Positions 44,369 to 53,811 of a stretch of DNA of 64,000 bases are shown piece after piece. The position numbers and the translations under genes are program-made. Origin of the DNA: Clostridia bacterium (GTDB taxonomy: Bacteria; Bacillota; Clostridia; Oscillospirales; Acutalibacteraceae). The notes under the pieces were generated by a model that ran no database searches, had not been told where the DNA came from, and was given only the letters and a program-made list of their open reading frames with translations. The number at the start of each line of letters is the position of its first letter. Within the stretch, counting starts at the first letter, position 1. The stretch is taken from assembly GCA_017625435.1 (NCBI GenBank), contig JAGAKX010000057.1, forward strand, positions 35,558-99,557, written 5' to 3'.

Positions 44369-44785
44369 TCAGCCGCAGCTGCCGCCGCAGGATGCACAGT
44401 TACCGGTGCATGCTTCCTCCTGAGCCTTGGGCTCGCAGGTTTCGGGGTCCTCTCCGTTTACGGAAAGGGTGAGAAGCTGAATAACATAGTTCATCATTTC
44501 GTCAACAGCGTTCTTGGTCTCTTCATACTTTTTCATATTGGCATTAAGCATAATCTGACCGTAAATCTCTCTGAATTCATTGTCATAGCCCTCAAGCTTC
44601 TTCTGATCGGGCTCTTCCTTCTGGGATTCGTTCTGATATGAAAGCTGAATAAGGTTGAGCTTGCCGATAAGACCGTTGAGCTCCATATCCTCTTCATTTG
44701 CCTTCTGTGCATCACGGAAAGCGAGATATCTTTCATCTGCCTGAATTGCTTTTCCTAATTCTCTTGTAGCCTTGATAACGTCCAT
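44369..44785 (-). CDS. YlbF/YmcA (RicF/RicA) family regulatory protein with Cys-rich C-terminal tail
   Basis: ELGKAIQADERYLAFRDAQ...LIGKLNLIQ family signature. Lies between miaB and mutS, like Bacillus ymcA. Tail is PETCEPKAQEEACTGNCASCGGSCG. Confidence 0.75.
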   Translation of the reverse strand: MDVIKATRELGKAIQADERYLAFRDAQKANEEDMELNGLIGKLNLIQLSYQNESQKEEPDQKKLEGYDNEFREIYGQIMLNANMKKYEETKNAVDEMMNYVIQLLTLSVNGEDPETCEPKAQEEACTGNCASCGGSCG

Positions 44786-44809
44786 TATTTCTTTTCTCCG
44801 TTCAAATAT

Positions 44810-46267
44810 TTAATCTATTACTGCCTCACCTGAAAGTATCCAGTTGAGAGCCTTTGTAACCTTAAGCTTTATGTAAGACCCGATAAGGGACGGGTCGCCC
44901 TCAAAATCTATATTTATATTACCGTCGGTTCTGCCCGTAAGCCTGCCGTCGTCCTCCTTTGTGAAGCCCTCAACAAGGACCTCATAGGTTTTACCCACCA
45001 TTGAAGCACAGCGTTCTGCGGCAATTTTTTCCTGACATTTCAGAAGCTCTGAAAACCATTTTGATTTTTCGCTGTAGGGTACGGGGTCGTCCATTTTCTC
45101 AGCCTTGGTTCCGCGGCGGGGAGAGAAAATGAAGGTAAAGAGTGAGGTGAATTTCACTTTCTCAATAAGCGACAGCGTATCGCAGAATTCCTCGTAGGTT
45201 TCTCCGGGGAAGCCTACAATTATGTCACTTGTAACGGAAAGGTCCGGCATAACGGCTCTTCCGTAATTAATAAGCTCAATATATTCCTCTCTCGTATAGC
45301 CTCTGTTCATTTCCTTAAGCACTCTGTTATTGCCCGACTGAAAAGGAAGGTGAAGATGCCTTGCTACTTTTTCACACCGAGCCATGGTATCAAGAAGCTC
45401 TTTTGTGCAGTCCTTGGGGTGAGAGGTCATAAACCGTATCTTAAAATCACCGGGAAGGTCATTTACCATTTCCAGAAGACGGGGAAAATTGACTCCGTCG
45501 GCACTTCCCTTTCCGTAGGAATTTACATTCTGTCCGAGAAGTGTGATTTCCTTTGCGCCGAGAGAAATAAGCTCCTTAGCCTCTTTTATAACCTCTTCGG
45601 GTGAACGGCTTCTTTCTCTGCCTCTTACATAAGGCACGACACAGTAGCTGCAGAAATTGTTACAGCCGTACATTATGGGAAGCCACATTTTGAAATCACG
45701 GTCACGGTAAACGGGAAGACCTTCCGCTATTTCACCCTTTGTTTCATCCGTTACAAAAACACGCTTTCCCGTGCGAAGCACATTATAAAGCATTTCGGGG
45801 ACACGGTGAACGGCAAAGGTACCGAAAACAAGTCTTACGTAAGGATAGCTTCTTCTGATTCTTTCCCAAACGTGAGGCTGCTGCATCATACATCCGCAAA
45901 GAGCAATTATCATTTCGGGATTCTTCATTTTAAGAGGCTTCAAGGCACCGACATTGCCGAAAACCCTGTCCTCGGCGTGCTCACGGACGGCACAGGTATT
46001 AAAGAGAACAAAATCAGCCTCTTCCTTTACTTCCGTGAATTCATAGCCCATCTCAAAAAGCTGTCCCTTGATTCGTTCGGAATCCGCAACATTTCCCTGA
46101 CAGCCGTAGGTATGAACAAATGCCTTCGGTCTTCTTCCGGGATACTTTACGGAAAGAATCGTCCTGACCTTTTCGGTATATTCTCTTTGCACACGCATTT
46201 CCTCGGGGGAAACAACGGGAAAAGCATCTTTAGAAACTAACAAAGCCGACCTCCGCCAAAAGGGCAT
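44810..46267 (-). CDS. miaB: tRNA-2-methylthio-N6-dimethylallyladenosine synthase
   Basis: HTYGCQGN UPF0004 motif, radical-SAM CNNFCSYCVVPYVRG, and a TRAM C-terminus. The exact start is uncertain because of a weak RBS. Confidence 0.9.
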   Translation of the reverse strand: MPFWRRSALLVSKDAFPVVSPEEMRVQREYTEKVRTILSVKYPGRRPKAFVHTYGCQGNVADSERIKGQLFEMGYEFTEVKEEADFVLFNTCAVREHAEDRVFGNVGALKPLKMKNPEMIIALCGCMMQQPHVWERIRRSYPYVRLVFGTFAVHRVPEMLYNVLRTGKRVFVTDETKGEIAEGLPVYRDRDFKMWLPIMYGCNNFCSYCVVPYVRGRERSRSPEEVIKEAKELISLGAKEITLLGQNVNSYGKGSADGVNFPRLLEMVNDLPGDFKIRFMTSHPKDCTKELLDTMARCEKVARHLHLPFQSGNNRVLKEMNRGYTREEYIELINYGRAVMPDLSVTSDIIVGFPGETYEEFCDTLSLIEKVKFTSLFTFIFSPRRGTKAEKMDDPVPYSEKSKWFSELLKCQEKIAAERCASMVGKTYEVLVEGFTKEDDGRLTGRTDGNINIDFEGDPSLIGSYIKLKVTKALNWILSGEAVID

Positions 46268-46331
46268 AATAACCCCATAAAATGTAGTTCAGTTTATTAT
46301 ATATAATATTATTAAAAAAGTAAAGAGAAAA

Positions 46332-46688
46332 CTAAAAAATATTTTCGGTTTTTACCCTTTCTCCCTCGCTTGTAACCGACAAAAATGCATAAATTTCAGC
46401 TAAAAGCAGAATAATTTTTTCGTCGCTACGGTTATTGAGTGCAAACTCCAGCTCAATATGAAGGCGGTCAATCATATCGGCATCGGTGTGCTTGAGAAAA
46501 ACCGAGAAGACTTTTTCGTTGTCCTGACGCTTGGCGAGAATATTCTCTGCGCAGGAATATATATCATTATTTGTTTCAATTTCATAAAGCACGGCTTCAA
46601 TTTCCCTTTGAACCCTGTCCGCGGAAAGGATGCTGAGAAGAAATGCCGAGAGGAGAAATACTGCAGAGACTATCAGTCTTTTTGTCAT
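46332..46688 (-). CDS. DUF4363 family protein
   Basis: 118 aa; N-terminal TM/signal anchor, then a helical domain. Typical partner directly downstream of DUF421 genes. Confidence 0.7.
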   Translation of the reverse strand: MTKRLIVSAVFLLSAFLLSILSADRVQREIEAVLYEIETNNDIYSCAENILAKRQDNEKVFSVFLKHTDADMIDRLHIELEFALNNRSDEKIILLLAEIYAFLSVTSEGERVKTENIF

Positions 46689-46689
46689 T

Positions 46690-47361
46690 TTATTCCTCCT
46701 TCTTTGTCATATTGAAATTACCTGACCTGTCAACGGTGAGAAGAAAGATGTTCTCGGGGCGCTCCCCTGTTTTACCGATAATATCACGAAGCTTTCTGTC
46801 ATTCATAGCACAGTCCCTGAAGGAGCTTTTAACAATTTCTCCGTCCATAATTACGGCACAGGAAAGACCGTTATCCTTACTTTCAAGCTTCATATCCTCA
46901 GCGGTAACGGTTCGTTTTTCAGGCTTTAATAAAACACTCAATGTTCCGTCCGTTTCCGCAATTGCATACTGAACGTCTCCTATGTCGAAAACATCCTTCT
47001 GCCTAAGTGCTTCAAGAAGGTCGTCGAGTGTGTATCTGAGCCTTTTCATTTCACGGGAATCTATCTTGCCGTTTCTTATGAGAATCACGGAGTTGCCCTG
47101 CAGAAGGCTTCTTGCTTTTCTGCTTTTAAGGCTTATGACAGACATAAGTATTTCGAGGCTTACAAGCACCGCAATAGCCACAAGAGTATTAACCATCGGT
47201 ATATCGTTATCCTGCATAGGCGTTGCCGCCATTTCGGAGAGAAGAATCGTCACAACAAGCTCGGCAGGCTGCAGCTGTCCTATCTGCCGTTTGCCCATAA
47301 TTCTCACGGCAATTACAATGACTATAAGAAGAATTACCGTTCTGACAAATGAAATCAGCAT
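46690..47361 (-). CDS. DUF421 (YetF-like) membrane protein
   Basis: MLISFVRTVILLIVIVIAVRIMGKRQIGQLQPAELVVTILLSE. ATG at 47361 preceded by GAAAGGA; the track extension overlaps the divergent ger gene. Confidence 0.8.
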   Translation of the reverse strand: MLISFVRTVILLIVIVIAVRIMGKRQIGQLQPAELVVTILLSEMAATPMQDNDIPMVNTLVAIAVLVSLEILMSVISLKSRKARSLLQGNSVILIRNGKIDSREMKRLRYTLDDLLEALRQKDVFDIGDVQYAIAETDGTLSVLLKPEKRTVTAEDMKLESKDNGLSCAVIMDGEIVKSSFRDCAMNDRKLRDIIGKTGERPENIFLLTVDRSGNFNMTKKEE

Positions 47362-47427
47362 AAAATCATCCTTTCTTCCGGTAGTATATCCCGTAAAAAT
47401 CGGGAAATACCTAATAAACGAAAGGAT

Positions 47428-48885
47428 GTGCAGGATTTGAATAAACATAGTGAAACGAAATTTACGGGCGATGCCGTAAAGGACTGCAGTATCATAAAAG
47501 AAATTTTTTCAGACTGCTTTGACCTTATTGTACGTGAAATTGATTTTGCGGGAAGAAGGGCTTTTGTTTTTGTCCTTGACGGAATGTGTGACGAAATAAA
47601 GATAACGGAAAGCATCATAAAGCCTCTGACCGATTCAAAGACGGACAACTCCGAAGCCCCCTTTGAAAGAATCAGAAAAACCGTATTCAAGGGCACGAAT
47701 ATGCGTCTGTCGGCAACACCGGACACAGCAGCGGATGACATTATTTCAGGAAATCTCGTGCTTCTTGTTGACGGTGAAAGAAAGGCTCTTACCTTTCCCT
47801 TTCAGGGCTTTCCCAAAAGCGCTGTAAACGAGCCTCAGAGCGAGCAGAACGAAAGAGGCTCACAGGAGGGCTTCTGCGATAATTTCAAGGATAATGTAAC
47901 ACTTTTAAGAAGAAAAATACGCTCACCGAAGCTTAAAATAACACAGCTGACATTGGGAAAAACAAGTAAAACTCCCGTTCTTATATGCTATATTTCAGAT
48001 AAAGTGACAGAAGAGCTCTTAACCTCCGTGACAAAAAGACTCAGCAAAATCGACCTTGAAGCGGTGCTGGGTGCCGGGTATCTGAGACCCTTTCTTGATA
48101 ACAGAAGACCGTCATTTTTTACCGATACGGGAATTACGGAAAGACCCGATAAATTTGCCGCAATGCTCCTTGAAGGCAGAGTCGGTGTAATTTGTGACGG
48201 CACCCCCTTTGCTCTTATTGTGCCCTATCTTTTTGTTGACTATTTCCACGCCTTTGACGACTATCTTTCGAGCACCTATTATGCGGTATTTATGCGAACG
48301 CTGCGTATTGTCTGCTTTATTATGGCAGCAACACTTCCCGGTGTTTTTGTGGCAATAAGTCTCTTTCACCCGGAAATTATGCCGTCGGATATAATGTACG
48401 GAATTTCAGCCGCAACGGGCAAAACTCCCTTTCCCATTATGATTGAAGCTCTGACTATTCATTTTATATATGAAATCGTCCGGGAAGCAGGGCTTCGTAT
48501 GCCGAGATCCGTGGGACACGCGGTGAGTATAGTTGGAGCTCTTGTAATCGGCGATGCGGCGGTAACGGCAGGGCTTATTGCCGCACCGATGCTTATAGTA
48601 GTTGCACTCACGGCTATTTCCTCCTCGGTTATATCAAAGCTTCACGAGCCTGTGGCGATTTTACGCTTCGGCTTTATAATTATCGGAGGATTTACGGGGC
48701 TTTACGGAATAATGCTCGGCATCGCAATTATGCTGACGGATATCTGCTCCGTATCTCCCTACGGCATTCCCTTTTCGGCTCCCCTTTCGCCCTTTGTAAA
48801 GCGGGCACACCGAGACGCTTTAATAAGAAGAAGCTGGACGAGAATCCGTAACGGAGAAACACTTATAAGGGAGATGAAATTTTAA
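47428..48885 (+). CDS. Spore germination protein, GerA family A subunit
   Basis: 485 aa; soluble N-domain plus a C-terminal 4-5 TM region (PIMIEALTIHFIYEIVREAG...). First gene of an A-B-C operon. The start (GTG 47428 or TTG 47437) is uncertain. Confidence 0.85.
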   Translation: MQDLNKHSETKFTGDAVKDCSIIKEIFSDCFDLIVREIDFAGRRAFVFVLDGMCDEIKITESIIKPLTDSKTDNSEAPFERIRKTVFKGTNMRLSATPDTAADDIISGNLVLLVDGERKALTFPFQGFPKSAVNEPQSEQNERGSQEGFCDNFKDNVTLLRRKIRSPKLKITQLTLGKTSKTPVLICYISDKVTEELLTSVTKRLSKIDLEAVLGAGYLRPFLDNRRPSFFTDTGITERPDKFAAMLLEGRVGVICDGTPFALIVPYLFVDYFHAFDDYLSSTYYAVFMRTLRIVCFIMAATLPGVFVAISLFHPEIMPSDIMYGISAATGKTPFPIMIEALTIHFIYEIVREAGLRMPRSVGHAVSIVGALVIGDAAVTAGLIAAPMLIVVALTAISSSVISKLHEPVAILRFGFIIIGGFTGLYGIMLGIAIMLTDICSVSPYGIPFSAPLSPFVKRAHRDALIRRSWTRIRNGETLIREMKF

Positions 48886-49958
48886 TGGAAAGAATCGGAA
48901 AAATCAGCTCCTTTCAGATGTTTTCGATACTGTTTCTTTCAAGAATTATTTCGCTTTTTACTTTTATGCTCCCCACAGCCGCTTATATCCCCTCAGGGGA
49001 CAGAATGCTTACCTCTCTTATTGTTTTTGTTTTCGAGATTTTCTATTGTCTGGCTCTGATTTTCACGCTGAGAAGAACCGGCAACAGAGGAATTATCAAT
49101 AGGGCAAGAGAAAAAAGTGAGCTGCTGTCCCGGCTTCTTGCAGTAGCTTATACTCTGGCTTTTATCTGGTTTGCAGGCATCGGCACGGCAAGATTTGAGC
49201 TTTTTATAAGCACGGTGATGTTTCCCAATTCCGAGCTTTATATTATGATAATTCTCCTTCTCGGTGCTTCGGTTTATGCTTCTCTTAAAGGGCTTGAGGC
49301 AATAGGAAGAGCCTCTGTAATACTGTTTTTTCTCTTGGGGCTCAGCATAATTTTTATACTGCTGACCGTAACCGGGGAGTTCCGTGGGGAGAACTTGAGT
49401 CCGCTGTTTACAGAGGGCATTTCACCCCTTTTAAGCTTTTCCTTTTACGTAAGCGTAAGGGCCTCGGAGCTTCTGACCCTTCACGTGACGGCACCCGATA
49501 TAAACGGGAACATCGGAAGGACTGCAATAAGCTTTTCTGCTGTTTTTTCTCTTGTATCAACTGTAATTCTCATAGTCCTTGCAGGTGTTACGGGAGAATT
49601 CGGAAACGATCAGATTTTCCCCTTATACACCCTTACGGTTATAGCAAAATTCGGCATATTCGAGCGTCTTGACGATATCCTTACGGGCGTGTGGGTGCTG
49701 TGCTCCTTTATTCAGGTTTCTTTTCTTATAAACACGGGGATGAAGGCACTTTCGCAGGGCTTCGGGAAAATAAAAAAAATCCCCGTCTGTCTTCTTATAA
49801 CGTCGGGAATTTTCATTATATATATTCTGACCTCGCGGACAGTTTCCGTTTTCTCGGAGGCGGTATCCTCAAGAGCCGTTGACGTTATATTCACTTCGCT
49901 TATGCTGATTATACCGCTGATTGTTTCATTTACCGTAAAAAAGAGGGCAAAAGTATGA
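48885..49958 (+). CDS. Spore germination protein, GerA family B subunit (APC-superfamily permease-like)
   Basis: 357 aa, about 10 TM. ATG overlaps the stop of the A-subunit gene. Confidence 0.8.
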   Translation: MERIGKISSFQMFSILFLSRIISLFTFMLPTAAYIPSGDRMLTSLIVFVFEIFYCLALIFTLRRTGNRGIINRAREKSELLSRLLAVAYTLAFIWFAGIGTARFELFISTVMFPNSELYIMIILLLGASVYASLKGLEAIGRASVILFFLLGLSIIFILLTVTGEFRGENLSPLFTEGISPLLSFSFYVSVRASELLTLHVTAPDINGNIGRTAISFSAVFSLVSTVILIVLAGVTGEFGNDQIFPLYTLTVIAKFGIFERLDDILTGVWVLCSFIQVSFLINTGMKALSQGFGKIKKIPVCLLITSGIFIIYILTSRTVSVFSEAVSSRAVDVIFTSLMLIIPLIVSFTVKKRAKV

Positions 49959-51103
49959 AAAAGCTTACGGCAATTTTAACAGTATTTACCATTATTTTTC
50001 TTTCCTCCTGCAGTAATATTGAGATTGTTGAGCTCAACGAAAGACTGATAATTGAGGCTATAGGAATAGACTATGAGGACGGCATTTATAAAGTAACCAT
50101 AGAAGGGCTTGATTCCTTTTCAGCCGGCACGGACAGTAATTCAATCTCTGCACCGAGCCTTACAAAGTGCTATCTCTTTGAGGGCGAAACCATAGGAATG
50201 GCAATGAACAGCATTTCGGTTATTACGGGACAGATTCCGCTTTTTTCGCAGGCAAGAATACTGATTCTCGGAATTTCTGCCGCCGGTGAGAAATTAAGTG
50301 AAATTCTTGATTTTTTCAGACGCGAATACACCACAAGAACCGACATTCTTTTTGCAGTTGCCGAAAACACGGCAGCAGAGGTAGTTTCTGCGGATTTCGG
50401 ACAGAATATTTCGGCAGGAAATATTCTGCAGGCGGCTGTCCTATCTTATAAACACACGGGAAGGAACACCTATACTCCCCTTTACCGCTTCCTTAATTCC
50501 GTTATGGGCGACACGGACAGCTCATACTGTCCCGTTATCGCAATCAAGGACAATGCATACAAAATGGGAAAAGAGGTTGTGCTTGCAGGAACTGCCGTTT
50601 TCGGCAAGGACAAAAGCTCAATTATAATTTCTCCCGAGCTGACTTTAGGGCTTATGCTCATTACAAACGATATCAGAAACGGTGACATTACCGTAACAAC
50701 AAATAAGGGCACGGCTACTATTGAAATAATCGACAGTAAAACAAAAATCAATACCGAAATATCGGAAGGAAAAGCTGATTTCTCCTTAAAGCTGAGACTC
50801 AGGTGCGATGTTCCGGAATTTCAGTCGGAGCATTTCAGAGGGCTTTCCAAATCGGACACGGAGGAAATAGCGGAAGCCTCGGCAAAAAAAATATCGGGGC
50901 TTATCACGGATACCCTGAATGAAGTTTTTTATAAAAACAATTACGATGCTTTCAGCCTCGGAAGAAGAATCAATCTTAAGAACCACAGCTTTTATAAGGA
51001 AATAATCAACAATAATATAAAGCTGTCGGACGTTGTAAGCTTTAATATTGAAACCGAGGTTGAAATCAGAAGAATCGGAAAAATTATCCTGGCGGAAGAA
51101 TGA
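49955..51103 (+). CDS. Ger(x)C family spore germination lipoprotein
   Basis: Lipobox FLSSC after the signal peptide; 382 aa. ATGA overlap with the B-subunit gene. Confidence 0.8.
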   Translation: MKKLTAILTVFTIIFLSSCSNIEIVELNERLIIEAIGIDYEDGIYKVTIEGLDSFSAGTDSNSISAPSLTKCYLFEGETIGMAMNSISVITGQIPLFSQARILILGISAAGEKLSEILDFFRREYTTRTDILFAVAENTAAEVVSADFGQNISAGNILQAAVLSYKHTGRNTYTPLYRFLNSVMGDTDSSYCPVIAIKDNAYKMGKEVVLAGTAVFGKDKSSIIISPELTLGLMLITNDIRNGDITVTTNKGTATIEIIDSKTKINTEISEGKADFSLKLRLRCDVPEFQSEHFRGLSKSDTEEIAEASAKKISGLITDTLNEVFYKNNYDAFSLGRRINLKNHSFYKEIINNNIKLSDVVSFNIETEVEIRRIGKIILAEE

Positions 51104-51155
51104 TAGGAATTTGGAATTCGGAGCTATTAAAGCTTATATGAGGCGGATAATGTCG

Positions 51156-51254
51156 GTAGGGGCGGGGTCTCCCCGCCCGTTATTTCAACTTCTGTAATTT
51201 TCATTAATTAAAAATTACAACCTTCTGGGGCGGGCGGGGAAACCCCGCCCCTAC
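51156..51254 (+). repeat. 99-bp GTAG-headed inverted palindrome doublet (REPIN/BIME-like), copy 1
   Basis: GTAG-GGGCGGGG-TCT-CCCCGCCC, then the AT-rich central hairpin TGTAATTTT-N9-AAAATTACA, then GGGCGGGG-AAA-CCCCGCCC-CTAC. Perfect 12-nt terminal inverted repeat. Confidence 0.8.
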
Positions 51255-51290
51255 GTTTGAATGATTACTTATAAAACCGACCCTTAAGCC

Positions 51291-51319
51291 AAAAAAAGCT
51301 CCCCGTTTCCGGGGAGACT
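51291..51319 (-). terminator. Intrinsic terminator of tyrS
   Basis: Minus strand CTCCCCG-GAAA-CGGGGAG followed by CTTTTTTT; 7 nt after the stop. Confidence 0.8.
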
Positions 51320-51325
51320 TACATA

Positions 51326-52543
51326 TCAGCCTATAACTATTTTCTTGAATGACTTCTTACCTCTTCTGATAAGAAGGCCTTCGCCGATTTCTTCCTTTGT
51401 GTAGCTCTTTCTTGTATCGGTTACCTTTTCACCTTCAACGGTAACACCGCCCTGCTCAACTGCACGGCGAGCTACGGAACGGGTGGGAGTAAGACCGGAA
51501 ACAACAAGCATTGTAAGAATATCAACGGCACCGTCACGGAAGTCCTCGTCCTTAACGGGTGCCTCGGGAGCAACGGAAGCACCGTCCGAGAAAAGAGCAC
51601 GTGCGGCATTCTGTGCCTTCTGAGCTTCCTCTTCACCGTGAACAAGCTTTGTAAGCTCGAATGCAAGGATTTCCTTTGCGGTATTGAGCTGTGCACCCTC
51701 CCAGGAATCCATCTTGTCAATTTCCTCAAGAGGAAGGAAGGTAAGCATACGGATGCACTTGAGAACATCGGCATCACCGACATTTCTCCAGTACTGATAG
51801 AAGTCGTAGGGAGAGGTCTTGTCGGGGTCAAGCCATACAGCACCGCCTACGGTCTTACCCATCTTCTTACCCTCTGAGTTAAGAAGAAGAGTGATTGTCA
51901 TAGCGTGGGATTCCTTGTCGAGCTTTCTTCTGATAAGCTCACGTCCGCCCAGCATATTTGACCACTGGTCGTCACCGCCGAACTGAAGATTACAGCCGTA
52001 TTTTCTGTAAAGCTCAAGGAAGTCATAGCTCTGCATAATCATATAGTTGAATTCAAGGAAGGAAAGACCCTTTTCCATTCTCTGCTTGTAGCACTCTGCA
52101 CGGAGCATATTGTTAACTGAGAAGCAGGCTCCCACTTCTCTTAAAAGCTCAACATAGTTAAGGTCAAGAAGCCAGTCGGCATTGTTTACCATAATAGCCT
52201 TGTCCTCGCCGAATTCAATGAAGCGCTCCATCTGCTTTTTAAAGCATTCGCAGTTGTGCTCAATTGTTTCCTTTGTCATCATTGAACGCATATCGGTTCT
52301 GCCGGAGGGGTCGCCGATGTGAGCAGTACCGCCGCCTATAAGTGCTATAGGCTTGTTTCCTGCCATCTGCAGTCTCTTCATAAGGCAAAGTGCCATAAAA
52401 TGACCTACGTGAAGTGAATCAGCCGTGGGGTCAAAGCCGATATAGAAAACTGCCTTGCCGTTATTGACAAGCTCTCTTACCTCATCCTCATTTGTAACCT
52501 GAGCAATAAGACCTCTTGCTTTAAGTTCTTCGTAAATTCCCAT
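51326..52543 (-). CDS. tyrS: Tyrosine--tRNA ligase
   Basis: HVGH (HIGH) and KMGKT (KMSKS) motifs plus a C-terminal S4 domain. Preceded by a Tyr-specific T-box leader. Confidence 0.95.
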   Translation of the reverse strand: MGIYEELKARGLIAQVTNEDEVRELVNNGKAVFYIGFDPTADSLHVGHFMALCLMKRLQMAGNKPIALIGGGTAHIGDPSGRTDMRSMMTKETIEHNCECFKKQMERFIEFGEDKAIMVNNADWLLDLNYVELLREVGACFSVNNMLRAECYKQRMEKGLSFLEFNYMIMQSYDFLELYRKYGCNLQFGGDDQWSNMLGGRELIRRKLDKESHAMTITLLLNSEGKKMGKTVGGAVWLDPDKTSPYDFYQYWRNVGDADVLKCIRMLTFLPLEEIDKMDSWEGAQLNTAKEILAFELTKLVHGEEEAQKAQNAARALFSDGASVAPEAPVKDEDFRDGAVDILTMLVVSGLTPTRSVARRAVEQGGVTVEGEKVTDTRKSYTKEEIGEGLLIRRGKKSFKKIVIG

Positions 52544-52847
52544 AATATCCGTATCCTTTCAGAAAATTTTACAATAAAAAAAGTCTGTCCCGGATAAAAG
52601 GACAGACTGAAAGTCCGTGTTACCACCTTTTTTCGGTAAATCCTCACGGATGTACCCTTAACGGCTTAAAGAAAGCTTTAAGTCACGCAAAATAACGGTT
52701 GCAACCGCCGCAGCCTACCGGGTGTCAGCCTTTCGGTGCGAAGCTCAGAGATGTATTCACGTGTTTTTCCGATACAGACTCACACCTGCCGTCTGCTCTC
52801 TTAATCGGGAGAAAACCGCTACTTGTTCCCGTCACAGCATTATATTG
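52544..52847 (-). promoter_or_regulatory. T-box leader (tRNA-Tyr-responsive transcription attenuator) of tyrS
   Basis: Minus-strand leader shows, in order: AGAGAG and a distal CAGAC-GGCAGGUGUGA-GUCUG stem I region; specifier loop GAA-UAC-A (Tyr codon); T-box sequence AAAGGUGGUAACACGGAC (reverse complement of 52613-52630); terminator AGUCUGUCC-N9-GGACAGACU plus a U-run (52576-52608). Confidence 0.85.
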
Positions 52848-52853
52848 AAATGG

Positions 52854-52882
52854 ATTTTACTATAAATAAAAGAATTTGTCAA
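52854..52882 (-). promoter_or_regulatory. Sigma-A-type promoter of the tyrS T-box leader
   Basis: Minus strand TTGACA-17 nt-TAAAAT, immediately after the stop of the upstream membrane-protein gene. Confidence 0.6.
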
Positions 52883-52885
52883 GCA

Positions 52886-53275
52886 TCAGAATATCATATG
52901 CAGGGATGCAATATCAAGTGCACAGATAACTGCCGCAAGAGCATCCGCACAGAAGGCGGTGAAAATAAGCTTTCTGTCGCAAAGCTCCTTATTCTTACGG
53001 TCTGTAACATAAAGTATAACAGTCCATGCAGCGAGAATAACGGGAAGCATATAAACAAACACCCTCAGCACCGCAAAAAAGGGCGAGGTTACCTCCACCG
53101 TATATTCAGCCTGACCGCTTAATGCCATATTGGTCTGAGCCGTAGTAAAAGCGGAATTTCTCAGGAATATGCACACAACATAAGCAATACTCCACACAGA
53201 AAATAGTGCGGAATTAATGATACTGAGTACAAATAAAAGCTTACTGTCGCCTTTTTTAAGGGTTAATCCGTTCAT
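52886..53275 (-). CDS. Small hydrophobic membrane protein, unknown function
   Basis: About 4 predicted TM helices. ATG at 53275 preceded by AGGGGA. No recognisable family. Confidence 0.5.
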   Translation of the reverse strand: MNGLTLKKGDSKLLFVLSIINSALFSVWSIAYVVCIFLRNSAFTTAQTNMALSGQAEYTVEVTSPFFAVLRVFVYMLPVILAAWTVILYVTDRKNKELCDRKLIFTAFCADALAAVICALDIASLHMIF

Positions 53276-53288
53276 AATAAGTCCCCTG

Positions 53289-53792
53289 TCAGAAATTGAA
53301 TATTGCACCGGCACCGTAGGTTACCACAGACATAATAAGGTCTGCAATAAATACACCGAGAGCAACAATGGGAAGTGCCTTTTTGAAGTCAATACCGAGA
53401 AGTGCGGCAAAGAGAGAGCCGGTCCATCCGCCCGTGCCGGGAAGAGGAACCGCAATAAAGGTAAGAAGTCCCCATTGCTTGTATTTAAGCACCTTATCGG
53501 CATTCTTCGCCGTCTTGCCCTCAAGCTTATCTATAAAACCGACAAGAATGTTGTGCTTTCGCATAAACTTGAAAATCTGCTTGATAAAGAGAAGGATAAA
53601 GGGCATAGGAAGCATATTGCCGATATAACAGATAGCAAAAGCCTTGAAGAAATTTATTTCAAAGAGCTTTGCAAGGATCATACCGCCTCTGCATTCGAGA
53701 ACGGGAAGAAGGGATGTCAGAAAAATAATAATTTCGTGACTCACGGAATCGCTGAAAAGCGATGCGAACCAGGTTGTAAGCTGTTCTGTCAT
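53289..53792 (-). CDS. Putative small multidrug export protein family (COG2426 / Sm_multidrug_ex-like)
   Basis: LLPVLECRGGMILA and PLPGTGGWTGSLFAALLG motifs. ATG at 53792 preceded by AGGAG. Confidence 0.65.
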   Translation of the reverse strand: MTEQLTTWFASLFSDSVSHEIIIFLTSLLPVLECRGGMILAKLFEINFFKAFAICYIGNMLPMPFILLFIKQIFKFMRKHNILVGFIDKLEGKTAKNADKVLKYKQWGLLTFIAVPLPGTGGWTGSLFAALLGIDFKKALPIVALGVFIADLIMSVVTYGAGAIFNF

Positions 53793-53811
53793 GGGTAATA
53801 CTCCTGTAGAA

